A DNA stretch of 64,000 bases, taken from contig JAKLKB010000001.1 in assembly GCA_023150835.1 (NCBI GenBank), forward strand, positions 1 to 64,000, written 5' to 3'. This stretch comes from Myxococcota bacterium (GTDB lineage Bacteria > Myxococcota_C > UBA6777). Of this stretch, positions 42,370 to 53,300 are shown piece after piece. The notes below the pieces were generated by a model. That model had not been told where the DNA came from, did no database searches, and saw only the letters and a list, made by a program, of their open reading frames with translations. Numbering within the stretch: position 1 is the first letter of the stretch; each line of letters starts with the position of its first letter. The position numbers and the translations under genes were made by a program.

Positions 42370-44880
42370 ATGCTCCGATCGCTTCTTTTCACGACGCGCC
42401 GATCGCTTCTTTTCACAGGATCAACACAGATCGATGCGCTTTGTGGGGCATTGCCCCACGCCCCACAAGGGAGCTTTGCCCCCTTGACCCCGTATCGGCG
42501 GCGCGGACACAGGTTTTTCACACGGACAGCTGCTCCGCTTGAATGGTCTGCGAATGCGGCTTTTTTTGTCCGCTACCTCGCTCCTTTGTGGATCAACGTT
42601 GCGCTTCTTTGCGCTTTTTTGCCGCGCCTTGCTTTTTCGCAACCTGCCCGCCAACGCACCCCGCACATCCGCTCCATGCACCTTCACGTCCAACTCTTTC
42701 CCACCAAGCACCTGATGGAAACCACCGCCGAGATCGCGTTGTACTGGCCGATCCACCAGCGTGCGCTCTCCTTGTCCTTTTCGCAGATGGCCGTCGTCTT
42801 GGCGATATCCGCCCAAGCCCCCAACGGTGCTTGGTCTCCCCTTCCCTACAACCGAGAACTCGAAACCATCACACTCTTGCGCTCTTCTCGTTCCCCCCCT
42901 TCCTCCGCGCACGCGCAGATCCGCATCCGCTATCAGATCACCTTTTACAGCCAAAAAAATCACCTCTTCCGACAAATCTTCTGCCAAATCGATCCCGGAG
43001 ATACCTACTTTTTGTATGGCTGGTATCCGAGCCTTTCGGCTTTCGCCGACCCCATACGTGGCGAATTGCTTGCAGGTGATCGCTTTCCTTATACCCTCAC
43101 CATCGACGCTCCCAAAGAAGAGCTTCCGCTCTCCACAGGTCGGCTCCTTGAACAACTCCCTCTCCCCAACGGTCGGACACGTCGGCGTTATGGAGCCTCA
43201 CCGATCAAAGAAGCTGCGTTGATGTTGGTCGCGGGCAATTACCAAGTGGTCCGAGAACGCTTACGCGGTCTTTCTGTGCGTGGCTTGCCTTGGTTCCAAG
43301 CCGATCGACTCCTCGCCAAACGTCAAGAGCGCAAGATCCCCGATACCCTTGTCAGCTTTTATCTGCGCCCCGAAGAACCCCGCGCAAAGCTCCAAGAGAT
43401 CGCACAGCTTGTCGCCAAAGGTAGCGCCTACTTTGAAGCGCTCTGGGGTGAACCGTGGGATCGCTTTGGCGACACATCCTCTGCAACGCACGCCCAACCC
43501 CCCATCGTTCGGCCCTTTGCAACGCACGCCCAACCCCCCATCGTTCGGCCTTTTGCAACGCCCGCCCGCCCACCCACAGGTCGGCCCGCTATCATGCGTT
43601 CTGAAACTCCCGTCGCTCCGCCCGCTGCGCTCCGTACCACACACATAGGCCGATGGAGGCGTTGGCGGGTCATCACTTTCGGAGGCGCGGGTGCAAGGGG
43701 CTATCCCATGACACTCTTGCTCGAACGTCGCTTGCACTTTTTGGACGGCTCGCTTGATCGACCGATGGATGCGCTGTTTACACGCCGCCAAGTCTTGCTG
43801 CACGAGATCGCTCATACTTGGTGGGGAAACGCCGTCACAGGCATCCAAGCAGGTTCGGCATGGGTCAACGAAGGGCTTGCCAACTACGCTTCCCTCAAAG
43901 CTTTAGGCTTCCTTTATGGCAAACCGACGATGTATGCGGCCCTTCGACGCCATCTTGACTCTTTCTTACAAAGCAAGTGGCCGAGCGACCTGATGGGACC
44001 GGGCGGAATGGATCAGATGATCCAGCGCACTGCCTACACCAAAGGCACCTTGGTGTTCTTTTCTCTGGAATGGATGCTCGGTGAAAAAGTCTTTTTGGAA
44101 GGGCTGCGCCTGTTTTTCCAGCTTTATCGGGGTGGATTCGCCACCGCAAAAGATCTTCGCCGCGTGCTCGAACGACACAGTGGTCGATCTCTTCGGGCCT
44201 TTTTTCAATCTTCCGTTCGAGGCGACGGCCTGCCTTGGGTTCGACTCCTGCGTTGGAAAGCCAGCGGCAAACCACCCAACCGACAGCTTACTCTTGTCGT
44301 TGAGAACCTCGGCGATGCAACGGGTTGGCTTCCTGTGCTGATCCAAGGCCGATCCCTACGCCTATTACGTGGCCTCACGATCCCCACAGGCCGCCACACA
44401 CTTCGCTTGCCTCTGCCTTTTCACCCCCGCAAAGTCCGTCTCGATCCGCATCAATCCGCCCTCCAAGGCATCCGCCCCGCCTTTTTGCTCGAACGCGCCA
44501 ATCATGCCCGAAAAGCCGAACAATGGGCGATCGCCGAACAATACTTCCAAATGCTCTTGCGCCATTTTCCCAAACACGGACACGCACACTACAGCTACGC
44601 CCTACTTCTCTCGGCACGCCACCGTACACAAGAGGCACTCCGCCACCTCCAACAAGCCGCCCGCCTCTCTCCCACCCCCCACACTCCCTCTTGGATCGGA
44701 CCTTGGGCAAGATTTCGCATCGCCCAGATCGCCGCCCAACAAGGCCGACCTGACCTCGCTCGCCGCCTCTTGCTCAAACTCCAACGCCAACGCCGCGATC
44801 CCTACCACCTCCAAGAAGAGATCCACCAGCTCTTGCGCTCCCTTTCCGAAAAAATCGCCCCACCCCGCACTCGCCCCTGA
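42370..44880 (+). CDS. M1-family aminopeptidase with C-terminal TPR; start uncertain (TTG 42586 possible)
   Basis: HEIAHTWWGN...WVNEGLANY and AYTKG. Confidence 0.85.
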   Translation: MLRSLLFTTRRSLLFTGSTQIDALCGALPHAPQGSFAPLTPYRRRGHRFFTRTAAPLEWSANAAFFVRYLAPLWINVALLCAFLPRLAFSQPARQRTPHIRSMHLHVQLFPTKHLMETTAEIALYWPIHQRALSLSFSQMAVVLAISAQAPNGAWSPLPYNRELETITLLRSSRSPPSSAHAQIRIRYQITFYSQKNHLFRQIFCQIDPGDTYFLYGWYPSLSAFADPIRGELLAGDRFPYTLTIDAPKEELPLSTGRLLEQLPLPNGRTRRRYGASPIKEAALMLVAGNYQVVRERLRGLSVRGLPWFQADRLLAKRQERKIPDTLVSFYLRPEEPRAKLQEIAQLVAKGSAYFEALWGEPWDRFGDTSSATHAQPPIVRPFATHAQPPIVRPFATPARPPTGRPAIMRSETPVAPPAALRTTHIGRWRRWRVITFGGAGARGYPMTLLLERRLHFLDGSLDRPMDALFTRRQVLLHEIAHTWWGNAVTGIQAGSAWVNEGLANYASLKALGFLYGKPTMYAALRRHLDSFLQSKWPSDLMGPGGMDQMIQRTAYTKGTLVFFSLEWMLGEKVFLEGLRLFFQLYRGGFATAKDLRRVLERHSGRSLRAFFQSSVRGDGLPWVRLLRWKASGKPPNRQLTLVVENLGDATGWLPVLIQGRSLRLLRGLTIPTGRHTLRLPLPFHPRKVRLDPHQSALQGIRPAFLLERANHARKAEQWAIAEQYFQMLLRHFPKHGHAHYSYALLLSARHRTQEALRHLQQAARLSPTPHTPSWIGPWARFRIAQIAAQQGRPDLARRLLLKLQRQRRDPYHLQEEIHQLLRSLSEKIAPPRTRP
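42442..42566 (-). repeat. Family B repeat copy (reverse)
   Basis: GTGGGGCATTGCCCCAC...CCCCTTGACCCCGTATCGGCG...TTTTCA...CGCTTGA...GCGAATGCGGCTTTTTT. Confidence 0.8.
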
Positions 44881-44999
44881 TCCGCCCCACCTCCCATACA
44901 AAGCCTGCTGTGCCTTGACGCAACAACGGGGGCTTGCTACTTGTGAAGCGTTAAGTTGTTCCTGCTCCTTTCACCCTTTTGACTCCACAGGACACATCT

Positions 45000-45587
45000 A
45001 TGGCCGAGATCATCGTAAAGCTCAAAGGCAACGAACTTGCGCGTAAAAAGATCACCAAGTCTCCCTTCTTCTTTGGGAGCGGGCCGAGCAACGATTTCCA
45101 GCTTGAAAATCCCGCCATCTCCAACACTCACTTTCATATCCTTTTCGACAATTTCCAGTACAAACTGGTCGATGATAGCAGCACCAACGGCACCTATCTC
45201 AACGAACAGAAAATTACCGAAAAAGTCCTTGAACCCGGTTTCAAATTCGTTGTCGGCAAATTCACCGTAGAGATCGTCGATCTGCACGACGCCCCCCAAG
45301 TCATCGAAAACGCCGCTGGGGCCGCCGCCAAAAAAGGCTCTTTTCGTAGCACAGTGCAACTTTCCGAAGGCGATCTTCAAAACGTCTTGCAAGCTGCTTT
45401 GCAAAAAAAAGACAAATCCGAATTTGCCGATCCTTCTGCCCACGCTCCCGGACAAAGCGCATCTTCTTCTGCTGCGCGTTCCAACCTCCCCGAACCAACG
45501 AGGGGAGGCGGCCCCAATATGATCCTGATCATCATCGGCGTCGTGATCGTCCTTTTGCTTGGGATCATCGTTGGAAAGATGATCTGA
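45000..45587 (+). CDS. FHA-domain protein with C-terminal membrane anchor
   Basis: FGSGPSND...ISNTH...DDSSTNGTYLN, then a C-terminal TM. Confidence 0.88.
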   Translation: MAEIIVKLKGNELARKKITKSPFFFGSGPSNDFQLENPAISNTHFHILFDNFQYKLVDDSSTNGTYLNEQKITEKVLEPGFKFVVGKFTVEIVDLHDAPQVIENAAGAAAKKGSFRSTVQLSEGDLQNVLQAALQKKDKSEFADPSAHAPGQSASSSAARSNLPEPTRGGGPNMILIIIGVVIVLLLGIIVGKMI

Positions 45588-45622
45588 CGGCCAAGCCCTT
45601 GGTGTAAAATAGGGAGGTTCAT

Positions 45623-46456
45623 GTGCGCAGAACCCATCGACAAAGCGCCTTTTGGATATCGTGCCTCGTCTTTTTCGGGATATCTTGGCTTGCGTGGGGA
45701 AATCCTCCGCTTGTCGATCCGAAAAAGCCTGAAAAAAGCACACCCGCTCCCCCCGAACGCAGAGCGCCCAATCCCGCCGAAGCCATCGTCGAAAAGATGA
45801 TCCAAGCCATGGGCGGGCGCGAAGCTCTCGCCGCCATCACTTCGCTTCATGCCACCGGCAACGTCACCGCCGTCACACGCATCGGCAACCGCACCGCACG
45901 TATGCAGCTTTACTCCATGAAGCCCGCGCATCAGCGGGTCGATCAGTACTTTGGCGCACAGATCTTTTCTCTCACCACTTACCCGGGCGGCGGATGGCTG
46001 CGCCAAAACGGCGCACTGCTCAATCTCCCACGCTCCATGATCGAAGTCGCCGAAGCCGAAGCCGCACGCAACGAGATCGAACTGCGCTACGCCCAAGATG
46101 GCATCCAAGTGAGCCAAACAGGAACGCGCCGTGTCGAAGACGTGCCTTGCCATATCATTGTTTTTCTCGATAAAAAAGGGCTTCAAACCACTTATTATAT
46201 CGAAAAAAAAACCTTTCTTCTGCGAAAACGTAGTTACCTTGGCCCCCACCCCCTCGGCCAAGGACAAGTCTCGATCTCGACCCTCCAACGGGATTATCGA
46301 TGGCTAAAGTTTGGAGACAAAAAAGTGCTGATGCCCTTTGTTCTTGAAAGCTATATCGGCGGCAACAAAACCAGCACGATCCAATTCCAAAAAGTCGAGA
46401 TCAACCCCCCCCAAATCAACAAAAAAACCTTTCGACTTCCTAGCCCTACCGAATAG
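45623..46456 (+). CDS. Secreted LolA-like/DUF620-like protein
   Basis: Signal peptide, IVEKMIQAMGGREAL, YYIEKKTFLL and DYR...MPF. Confidence 0.7.
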   Translation: MRRTHRQSAFWISCLVFFGISWLAWGNPPLVDPKKPEKSTPAPPERRAPNPAEAIVEKMIQAMGGREALAAITSLHATGNVTAVTRIGNRTARMQLYSMKPAHQRVDQYFGAQIFSLTTYPGGGWLRQNGALLNLPRSMIEVAEAEAARNEIELRYAQDGIQVSQTGTRRVEDVPCHIIVFLDKKGLQTTYYIEKKTFLLRKRSYLGPHPLGQGQVSISTLQRDYRWLKFGDKKVLMPFVLESYIGGNKTSTIQFQKVEINPPQINKKTFRLPSPTE

Positions 46457-46568
46457 TACGAAATCCGCCCGTTGTGTGATCGTGAAGAGGTCGGGGCAGC
46501 CACAGGGGCTGCCCGATAATAGGTCGCCTACGTACTATCCTTTGTGTACACACCACCCAGATATCGTA
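46457..46568. repeat. Family A repeat copy
   Basis: TACGAAATCCGCCCGTTGTGTGATCG...GGGCAGCCACAGGGGCTGCCC...GATATCGTA. Confidence 0.88.
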
Positions 46569-46632
46569 TAAATATGCTTCGCTCCTTTCTCTCTGCTCTA
46601 GCTTCCACCCCCCCAAACACGGACAAAAGACG

Positions 46633-49600
46633 ATGGCCAAGACCGGTGCCAATGAACCTTGCCCTTGTGGTAGCGGCAAAAAATACAAACAATGTTGCCG
46701 AAAACAAGATATCGAAAAACAACCACAAAAAGTCCGCACCCGCCTTTCTTGGGAAAGTATGCTCCTCGCTGCACCTGAAGAACAAGCCGAGATCGCCTCT
46801 TCGATCCTAAGGCGAGGGGGGTTTTCTCCCGATCAGATCCGAGGATGGCTCGGCCTTGCGCAACTTTCCCTGTCTCGTGACACCGATATCGCAAAAATGG
46901 CTTTTGAACAAGGTTGTCGAGTCGCCAAAACTCCCGAAGATTGGCGAGAACTGATCCATCTGGCGATGGAGATGGATCTGTTAGAACGCGCAGCGGAGAT
47001 CATGGAAGCCCATGTCCCACGCGAACACGATGACACCGTCAAAGAGTGGGCCACCCGCGCCTTTTTGCTCTCGCACGATCGTCAGTGGGAAGAAGCCGCC
47101 CAGCTTTGGGGAAAACAAATCGAGGCGACCCAAAAACCAGACTTTCTCTGGCGTTGGATCACTTGTCTTCGCAATACCAAACAGCTTGATCTTTTACAAG
47201 CCGCCTGCATCCGCGCAGAAGAACTCACCCAAGACCCGATCTGGCGGATCGTCTGGGCCAACGCCATCTCTCTGGCAGATCGCGAAGAAGAAGCACTCTC
47301 CATTCTTCACGAGTCCTTTATCTCTGCACTTAAAACACCCGCTGATCCGAGCAACAGCAACACCGAACGCACACAGCGCGAGATGATCTTGTTAGAAGCA
47401 GGCATCCTTTACCTGACTCGACTCGATCACACCGAGCGGACCGTGTTTTTGCGCGTCCTTCTCAAACGTAAGGTTCCCCCGCTCACTCCCTTGTTTGAAG
47501 CACGCAGCGATATCGCCGCCTTGTGTTCTGGTTGGGAAGAACTTGCACAAGAAACCACGCGCTGGAGCGCCAACGAGTCCAGCCCAAAAGCCCGATGGCT
47601 TCGACGTGTCGCCCAATACATCGTGAACCCTGCCACTCATCCACTTGATGCCTCCACCGAGATCCCTGCTTTTTGGGCTTCGTGGGGTACATCGCTTCAA
47701 AACAATCTCCTGCACGCCCTTCTCGAAAAAGACGCTCTCCCCCTCCTTGATGCCCTCTTTGCTCGCCTCCCACTCCCTCAAGAAGAGTCTCAACTCTTCC
47801 TCTGGGCCACCCTCCGCGCCAAACAAAGCGCATGGCAACCCCTCGCTCAAGCCCTCCAACCTCCCCCCATCCCCCTCACTCCCCGTCTCGCGATGCTTCA
47901 CGCCTTGGCCATCCTTCACTCCCAAGGCCCCGAAGCTGCCGCCCCCTTCTTCGACTCGATCGAAACCTCCGAGGACACCGACCTCGCTCTCTCGATCGAT
48001 CTCTGGCGCGTCGATATCGCTTGCCGACTCCACAAAGAAGACCAAGCCGCCGCCTTGTTAGACCATATCGCAACCTACACTCCCCCCGCACAACGCAGCG
48101 AACGCTATTGGGTCTGCCGCGCACACCTCGCCCACCGCCAAAAGCAACTCCCCGAGATCCTCGCCTCCCGTCAAGCCCTCTTCGCCTTGCGCCCAAACCA
48201 AGAAGACTTCTTCGTCGTCGCCCATACCCTCGCACTGCTCGAAAGAAATCACGAAGCCATCGCATGGCTACAACAACACCGACACTCCGTCCGATGGAAT
48301 CAAGACCTCTCTTGGCTCTTGGCTTGTTGCGCCGTACACGTCGAACAATGGGAACTCGCCTCTGATGCCCTCCAAACTCTCGACGAAGCTTGGATCTCCG
48401 CCCCCCCTCCCAAAAAACACCTCTGGCCCTTGCGCGCCCACATCGCCTCCAAATGCAACCGATGGCTCGATACCCTCGCTGCTTGCGAACGATGGGAGTC
48501 CGAAAAATACCCCTCCGATCTTTCCGACAATGCCCTATCCTCCGAGTCTTCCGATGCTCTCCATGATGCCCTATCCTCCGAGCCTCCCGATGCTCTCCAT
48601 GATGCCCTATCCTCCGAGCCTTCCGATGCTCTCCATGATGCCCCATCTTCCGAGTCTTCCGATGCTCTCCATGATGCCCCATCTTCCGAGTCTTCCGATG
48701 CTCTCCATGATGCCCTATCCGCCGAGCCTTCCGATCGCGTCCATGAGGCCCTATCCGCCGAGCCTTCGGGCGGCATCCATGAGGCCCTATCCGCCGAGTC
48801 TCCCGATAGCGGCCGTGATGTCCCTTCCTCCGAGGAATCGGGATCTGCCGAGTCCTTTTCCGACAGGCCCACAGATTCGGATGGAGAGATCGCCTCTTCG
48901 CCATCCCTGCAAGATGCTGAAGACCTCGCTTCTCTCCAAGAATTGCGTCGCTTGGCGGTTCAAAACCTTTTGCTCGAAGCCAAACATCCTTGGACGTTCT
49001 CGATGTTGTCGAATCGCACAAACAGCGAACATCACCCACTGATGCCGAGGGTTGAGGCGATCGACAAAGAGGCCACACAAGCTTTCCATCAACAACAAGA
49101 AACACTGTTCGAAGATATCTCTTCCGAACCCAAACCGCCCCTCCAGCCTCACGCAAGCGATCCAGAAAACGACACACTTTCTTTGTTGTTGTCGCACCCT
49201 GCTTTGCCAGCCTATCCGTTGTCGGATCTGCCGCCTTCAACCGAAACAGAGGCGCTCCATCCGCCCGAAGAACAAGTGTATGTCGAGGCATGGGGCGAAG
49301 AGGTGTGGGCTTTCTTGCCCAAAGGAACCCAACAGACCTTTGCCTCCGCCGAGCGTCTGTGGACGCTGCTGTCCCAAGAAGAAGAGGCCGATCATGCGCC
49401 GATCTTGCTGCAATGGACACGGGGCCTTGAAGCTTTACTGAACCTCCATCTGGTCGATCCGCTGGTGTTTTTTGCAGAGCGTCGCCTGAGCCTTCATGTA
49501 CAACGCGATCTGCCGAGACTTGCAGGACGCCCCCTCCAAAGCTACGACAACCACATCGGTCTCGGAAGTTTGCCTTTTCTTCTGGTAGAACAATGGAAAA

Positions 49601-49920
49601 AACCTGATCCATCGGATGAAAAAGATGAGATCGCTTACAATTACCTCGTGACTGCGGGGCAGCGCTTGTTGTGGACGGCATGGTCGCGCCACCTCAAAGA
49701 CATCCTCCCCCCCCACCAACTGCGCTTTCTCCAAGAAGAGCTTCCCTCGCTATGTGCCAAACTCGCCTATCTACGGTCTCAAGCCGCTCACGCTGCCCAC
49801 ACCACCACGCCTCTCCCCCGCCAACGCATCCAACAACTCCGTCAAGAACTCTTCCTTCGCAAAGATTCCTTGTTGATCCCTTCGCTTGCGCGCCCCCTTG
49901 CGACAACAGCCCTCCGCTAA
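46633..49920 (+). CDS. SEC-C motif + helical/TPR-like protein with 36-bp acidic repeats
   Basis: NEPCPCGSGKKYKQCC. (ALSSE.SDALHD)n at about 48530-48810. Confidence 0.8.
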   Translation: MAKTGANEPCPCGSGKKYKQCCRKQDIEKQPQKVRTRLSWESMLLAAPEEQAEIASSILRRGGFSPDQIRGWLGLAQLSLSRDTDIAKMAFEQGCRVAKTPEDWRELIHLAMEMDLLERAAEIMEAHVPREHDDTVKEWATRAFLLSHDRQWEEAAQLWGKQIEATQKPDFLWRWITCLRNTKQLDLLQAACIRAEELTQDPIWRIVWANAISLADREEEALSILHESFISALKTPADPSNSNTERTQREMILLEAGILYLTRLDHTERTVFLRVLLKRKVPPLTPLFEARSDIAALCSGWEELAQETTRWSANESSPKARWLRRVAQYIVNPATHPLDASTEIPAFWASWGTSLQNNLLHALLEKDALPLLDALFARLPLPQEESQLFLWATLRAKQSAWQPLAQALQPPPIPLTPRLAMLHALAILHSQGPEAAAPFFDSIETSEDTDLALSIDLWRVDIACRLHKEDQAAALLDHIATYTPPAQRSERYWVCRAHLAHRQKQLPEILASRQALFALRPNQEDFFVVAHTLALLERNHEAIAWLQQHRHSVRWNQDLSWLLACCAVHVEQWELASDALQTLDEAWISAPPPKKHLWPLRAHIASKCNRWLDTLAACERWESEKYPSDLSDNALSSESSDALHDALSSEPPDALHDALSSEPSDALHDAPSSESSDALHDAPSSESSDALHDALSAEPSDRVHEALSAEPSGGIHEALSAESPDSGRDVPSSEESGSAESFSDRPTDSDGEIASSPSLQDAEDLASLQELRRLAVQNLLLEAKHPWTFSMLSNRTNSEHHPLMPRVEAIDKEATQAFHQQQETLFEDISSEPKPPLQPHASDPENDTLSLLLSHPALPAYPLSDLPPSTETEALHPPEEQVYVEAWGEEVWAFLPKGTQQTFASAERLWTLLSQEEEADHAPILLQWTRGLEALLNLHLVDPLVFFAERRLSLHVQRDLPRLAGRPLQSYDNHIGLGSLPFLLVEQWKKPDPSDEKDEIAYNYLVTAGQRLLWTAWSRHLKDILPPHQLRFLQEELPSLCAKLAYLRSQAAHAAHTTTPLPRQRIQQLRQELFLRKDSLLIPSLARPLATTALR

Positions 49921-50002
49921 ACGAAACACACCGAAAACCAGAAGTCGTGAGTCGCTTTGCTTGTTTTTCGACTACTTTGACCGATCTGGAAAAAGGAGGT
50001 CA

Positions 50003-50115
50003 TACGATATCCGGGTGATGTGTACACAAAGCATCATTCGTAGACGCCCGATTCTTGGGCAGCCACACTTGTCTGCCCCGACCTCTTTACGATCGCACAA
50101 CGGGCGGATTTCGTA
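50003..50115. repeat. Family A repeat copy
   Basis: TACGATATCCG...GGGCAGCCAC...CTGCCCC...ACGATCGCAC...CGGATTTCGTA. Confidence 0.88.
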
Positions 50116-50309
50116 TGGCGTCCTGCGGCTTGAATCGGTGCGAACATGGGGTTTTGTCCACAAGCCAGCCCCATCGAGCGAAAAGAAAAGAAAAACTTTA
50201 GCGCGATCACCGTCACAATGCGTACACAAAGGACAAAACGACTTCTGCCTCCCGTCCAGCCACCTCTTGCTCAAGACGAGCGACCCAATCAAAGGAAAGA
50301 GTCCTCTCC

Positions 50310-53300
50310 ATGAGATTAAAAAAGAAACAGCACCGATCGCACCCTTCTTTTTTTCTAAAGCGTATCCTCTTTTTTGGGATCTTGGTTTCTTGTAGCACAC
50401 CCTTCGCTTGCTCGAAACTGTCTCCCGAGCCCAAAACCGCCGTGCCCACAGCCAAACCCGCCGCAATGAAACGAGCGAAACGATCCGCCTCCGACGAGGA
50501 CTCCATGCACTTAGAAGCGCGGCGCTCACGACGCTCTGCCGATGGCAGCAGCTTATCCTCCGCAGATCAGCGTTCACAGCGGGCTGCTGCGGAAGAGGCT
50601 CCAAGCCCGGGCGCGATCCCCGCACCCAGTCCCGCTAGAGCGAAAAGAAGAAAAGGCGGCGCAAAAGAAAGCACCACGACCAAAACCCCCAAAAAAGACG
50701 CGCCAAAAGATCCTCAAAAAGCCCAAGTCTGGCAGCGAACCGCCAAAGGCACTGTCCTGTCCAAAGTCTCTGTAGGGGGCGGCAGCTTCCTTCAACTCAA
50801 AAAGCTCCGCGTCACCGTACAAGTCGAAGGCTTGCGCGTGCGAACGATCATGGATCATATCTACTACAATCCACACGCGCACACCCTTGAGGGGACATTC
50901 AAGTACACACTGCCAAGCGATGCGTCGGTGTCCTATTATGCGATGTTTGTGGGCAACCAACGCCCTCAAGAACCCCGCTTCTTTTCAGGAAAATTGCCTA
51001 CTCCCCAAGCCATCGCAGCGATGGATCCCCAAGCCATCGCACGCACCAGTCCCAAAGAAGACTGGGGAACCCTTCGAGAAGCTCGTCTTGTGGCAGCGGA
51101 AAAAGGCCGCGAAGTATACGAAGAGATCACGCGCCAAAACATCGATCCTGCGTTGCTCGAACAAGACGCTCCCAACACCTTTTCGGGCCGCGTCTTCCCT
51201 GTCCCTGCCAACGGCCACAACCGCGTGATCATCGCCTACGAACAAACTCTCCCACGCTTCCAAGATCAGCGCGTGTACTCCTTTGCTTTTCCTGACGAAG
51301 TGGCCGGACTGATCGACTTTTCGCTTTCCTACAACCCACAGCTTGCGCAGCTCTCTCGCCATAATCTGCGCAAGATCCGCTGTATGCAAAAACAACAAAA
51401 GCATTTCGTCCGTTGTTTGTGGGAAACCGAAAAGCCTGATCGCAACGCTGATTTCTATTTCCAACCGACCTCGACCAAAGCGGCTTGGGTTGCAGGGATC
51501 GATCCCCTCCAAGATCGTCGCTATCTTTACGCTCAACTCGCGGTCGATCTCCCCCAAAAGAGCGCAAGCAAGGGCGCTTCGCAAGCGGTCTTTTTGCTCG
51601 ATACATCGCTCTCTGAAACGCCCCAACGCTTCGGCGTAAGTGTGTCTCTCCTTGAAAAGATCTTACAAAATAACCCGCAGATCCAGCAATTCAACATCTT
51701 GTTTTTTGATGTGGGGACACGTTGGGCCAAAGCGGACGGCTGGTTAGAAAACACTGCTCAGACACGCGCCGCTGTATTCAAGAAGCTCCGCCGCATCTTG
51801 CTTGAAGGTGCGACCGATCTGAGTGCAGCCCTTGAAGCCCTTGCTTCGGCCCCTTGGCAAGAGGCCACCTCCAAACAAGCGTTGGATATCTTTTTTCTCA
51901 GCGACGGCCAACTCAACTGGGGCAACCGCGATATCCATCAGATCCTTGGCCGCTGGTCCAAACAACAGCGATGGGGTCAAACGCGCTGGTTTGCTTATAG
52001 TTTCGGCCTTGGCAACGAAGACACCACGCTCTACCAACGGCTGACGCGACAAGACGGTGCGGTCTTCACTTGTTTTGGGGAAGCCGAGATCGAGCGTTGT
52101 TCGACAGCCCATACCCATCAAGCGATGTCACTCGACAAGATCGAGATCGAAGGCATCGAAGCGACCGAGATCTTGGTGGCAGGGCGTCAAACCACCCTTT
52201 ACCCCGGGGCTTTGTTGGCTTTTGCAAGTCGCTATCAACGCGATGGCAAGGCGGTGATCACGCTCAAAGGCTCTTTTGACGGCCAACCGATCTCGCTGCC
52301 TTATACGCTCGGCGTGAAAGCACACGGTGATCTCGCTCCCCGCGCATGGGGCGAGATCGCCATCGCTCAACTCGCCGAACTGGATGATCCCAAACTGACG
52401 GATCTGATCGTGGCTTATGCGCAGCACTTTCACATCCCCAATGCCCACTGTTCGCTGTTGGTTCTTGAGACCGACAAAGAGTACAAGCAATACGGACTCG
52501 ATCAACAGCAAAAAGCCCACAAGCTCGATCAGCTGGATCTGTTCATCCGAGATCTTTTTGCCCAAAAAGGCGCACCGATCAGTATGCGTGCGCGTTGGCG
52601 TGCGATATTTCGCAAAGTCCTCCAACGCGCCAAAGCCCTCGATTCGAGCGCAGGACGCGCAGCCCTCGCCTTGCTTCAAGCCGAAGAACAAGCCCACTTT
52701 GCCTTTGAAAGCCCTGTGATGGAGCAGATCTGGACCCAAGGCGACGTACCGAAAGCCTACCTTGCCGATCGCGACAAAAGCGCCGAAAACTTCGATCCCT
52801 TCGTAACCGAAGCCAAGCGCCGACTCAAAAAATCCAAGATCGGCGGAGCGATCCGCAGCTTGTCCTGCATCGTCGAACTGCATCCGTCCAATCCACGGGC
52901 GCTTCGACTTGTCGGATATTATCTGACGGCATGGGAGCGCCCCAAAGATGCGGCGGGTGTCTTCTTGCGCGTCCTCGAACGCCGATCTTTCGAGCCACAC
53001 GCCTTTCGCGATCTTGCACGCACCATGCAAAAGCTCCGACGTTACGCCCTTGCAGCCGCCCTTTACGAAGTCCTGCTTGCTGGGAATTGGCACGAACGCT
53101 TTGGTGAGATCAAAACCATCGCACGCGAAGAATACGCTCTGCTCGCTTATGAGGCCACAAACGCCCAACGTACCAGTGCTTCCGTCAAGGCACTGCTCGA
53201 ACAACGCAAGCCCTTGCTTGGGCTTTCTGTTCCCCAAGCCAGACTGCGCGTCACGCTCACTTGGAACACCGACAACACCGATGTTGATCTCTGGATCTAC

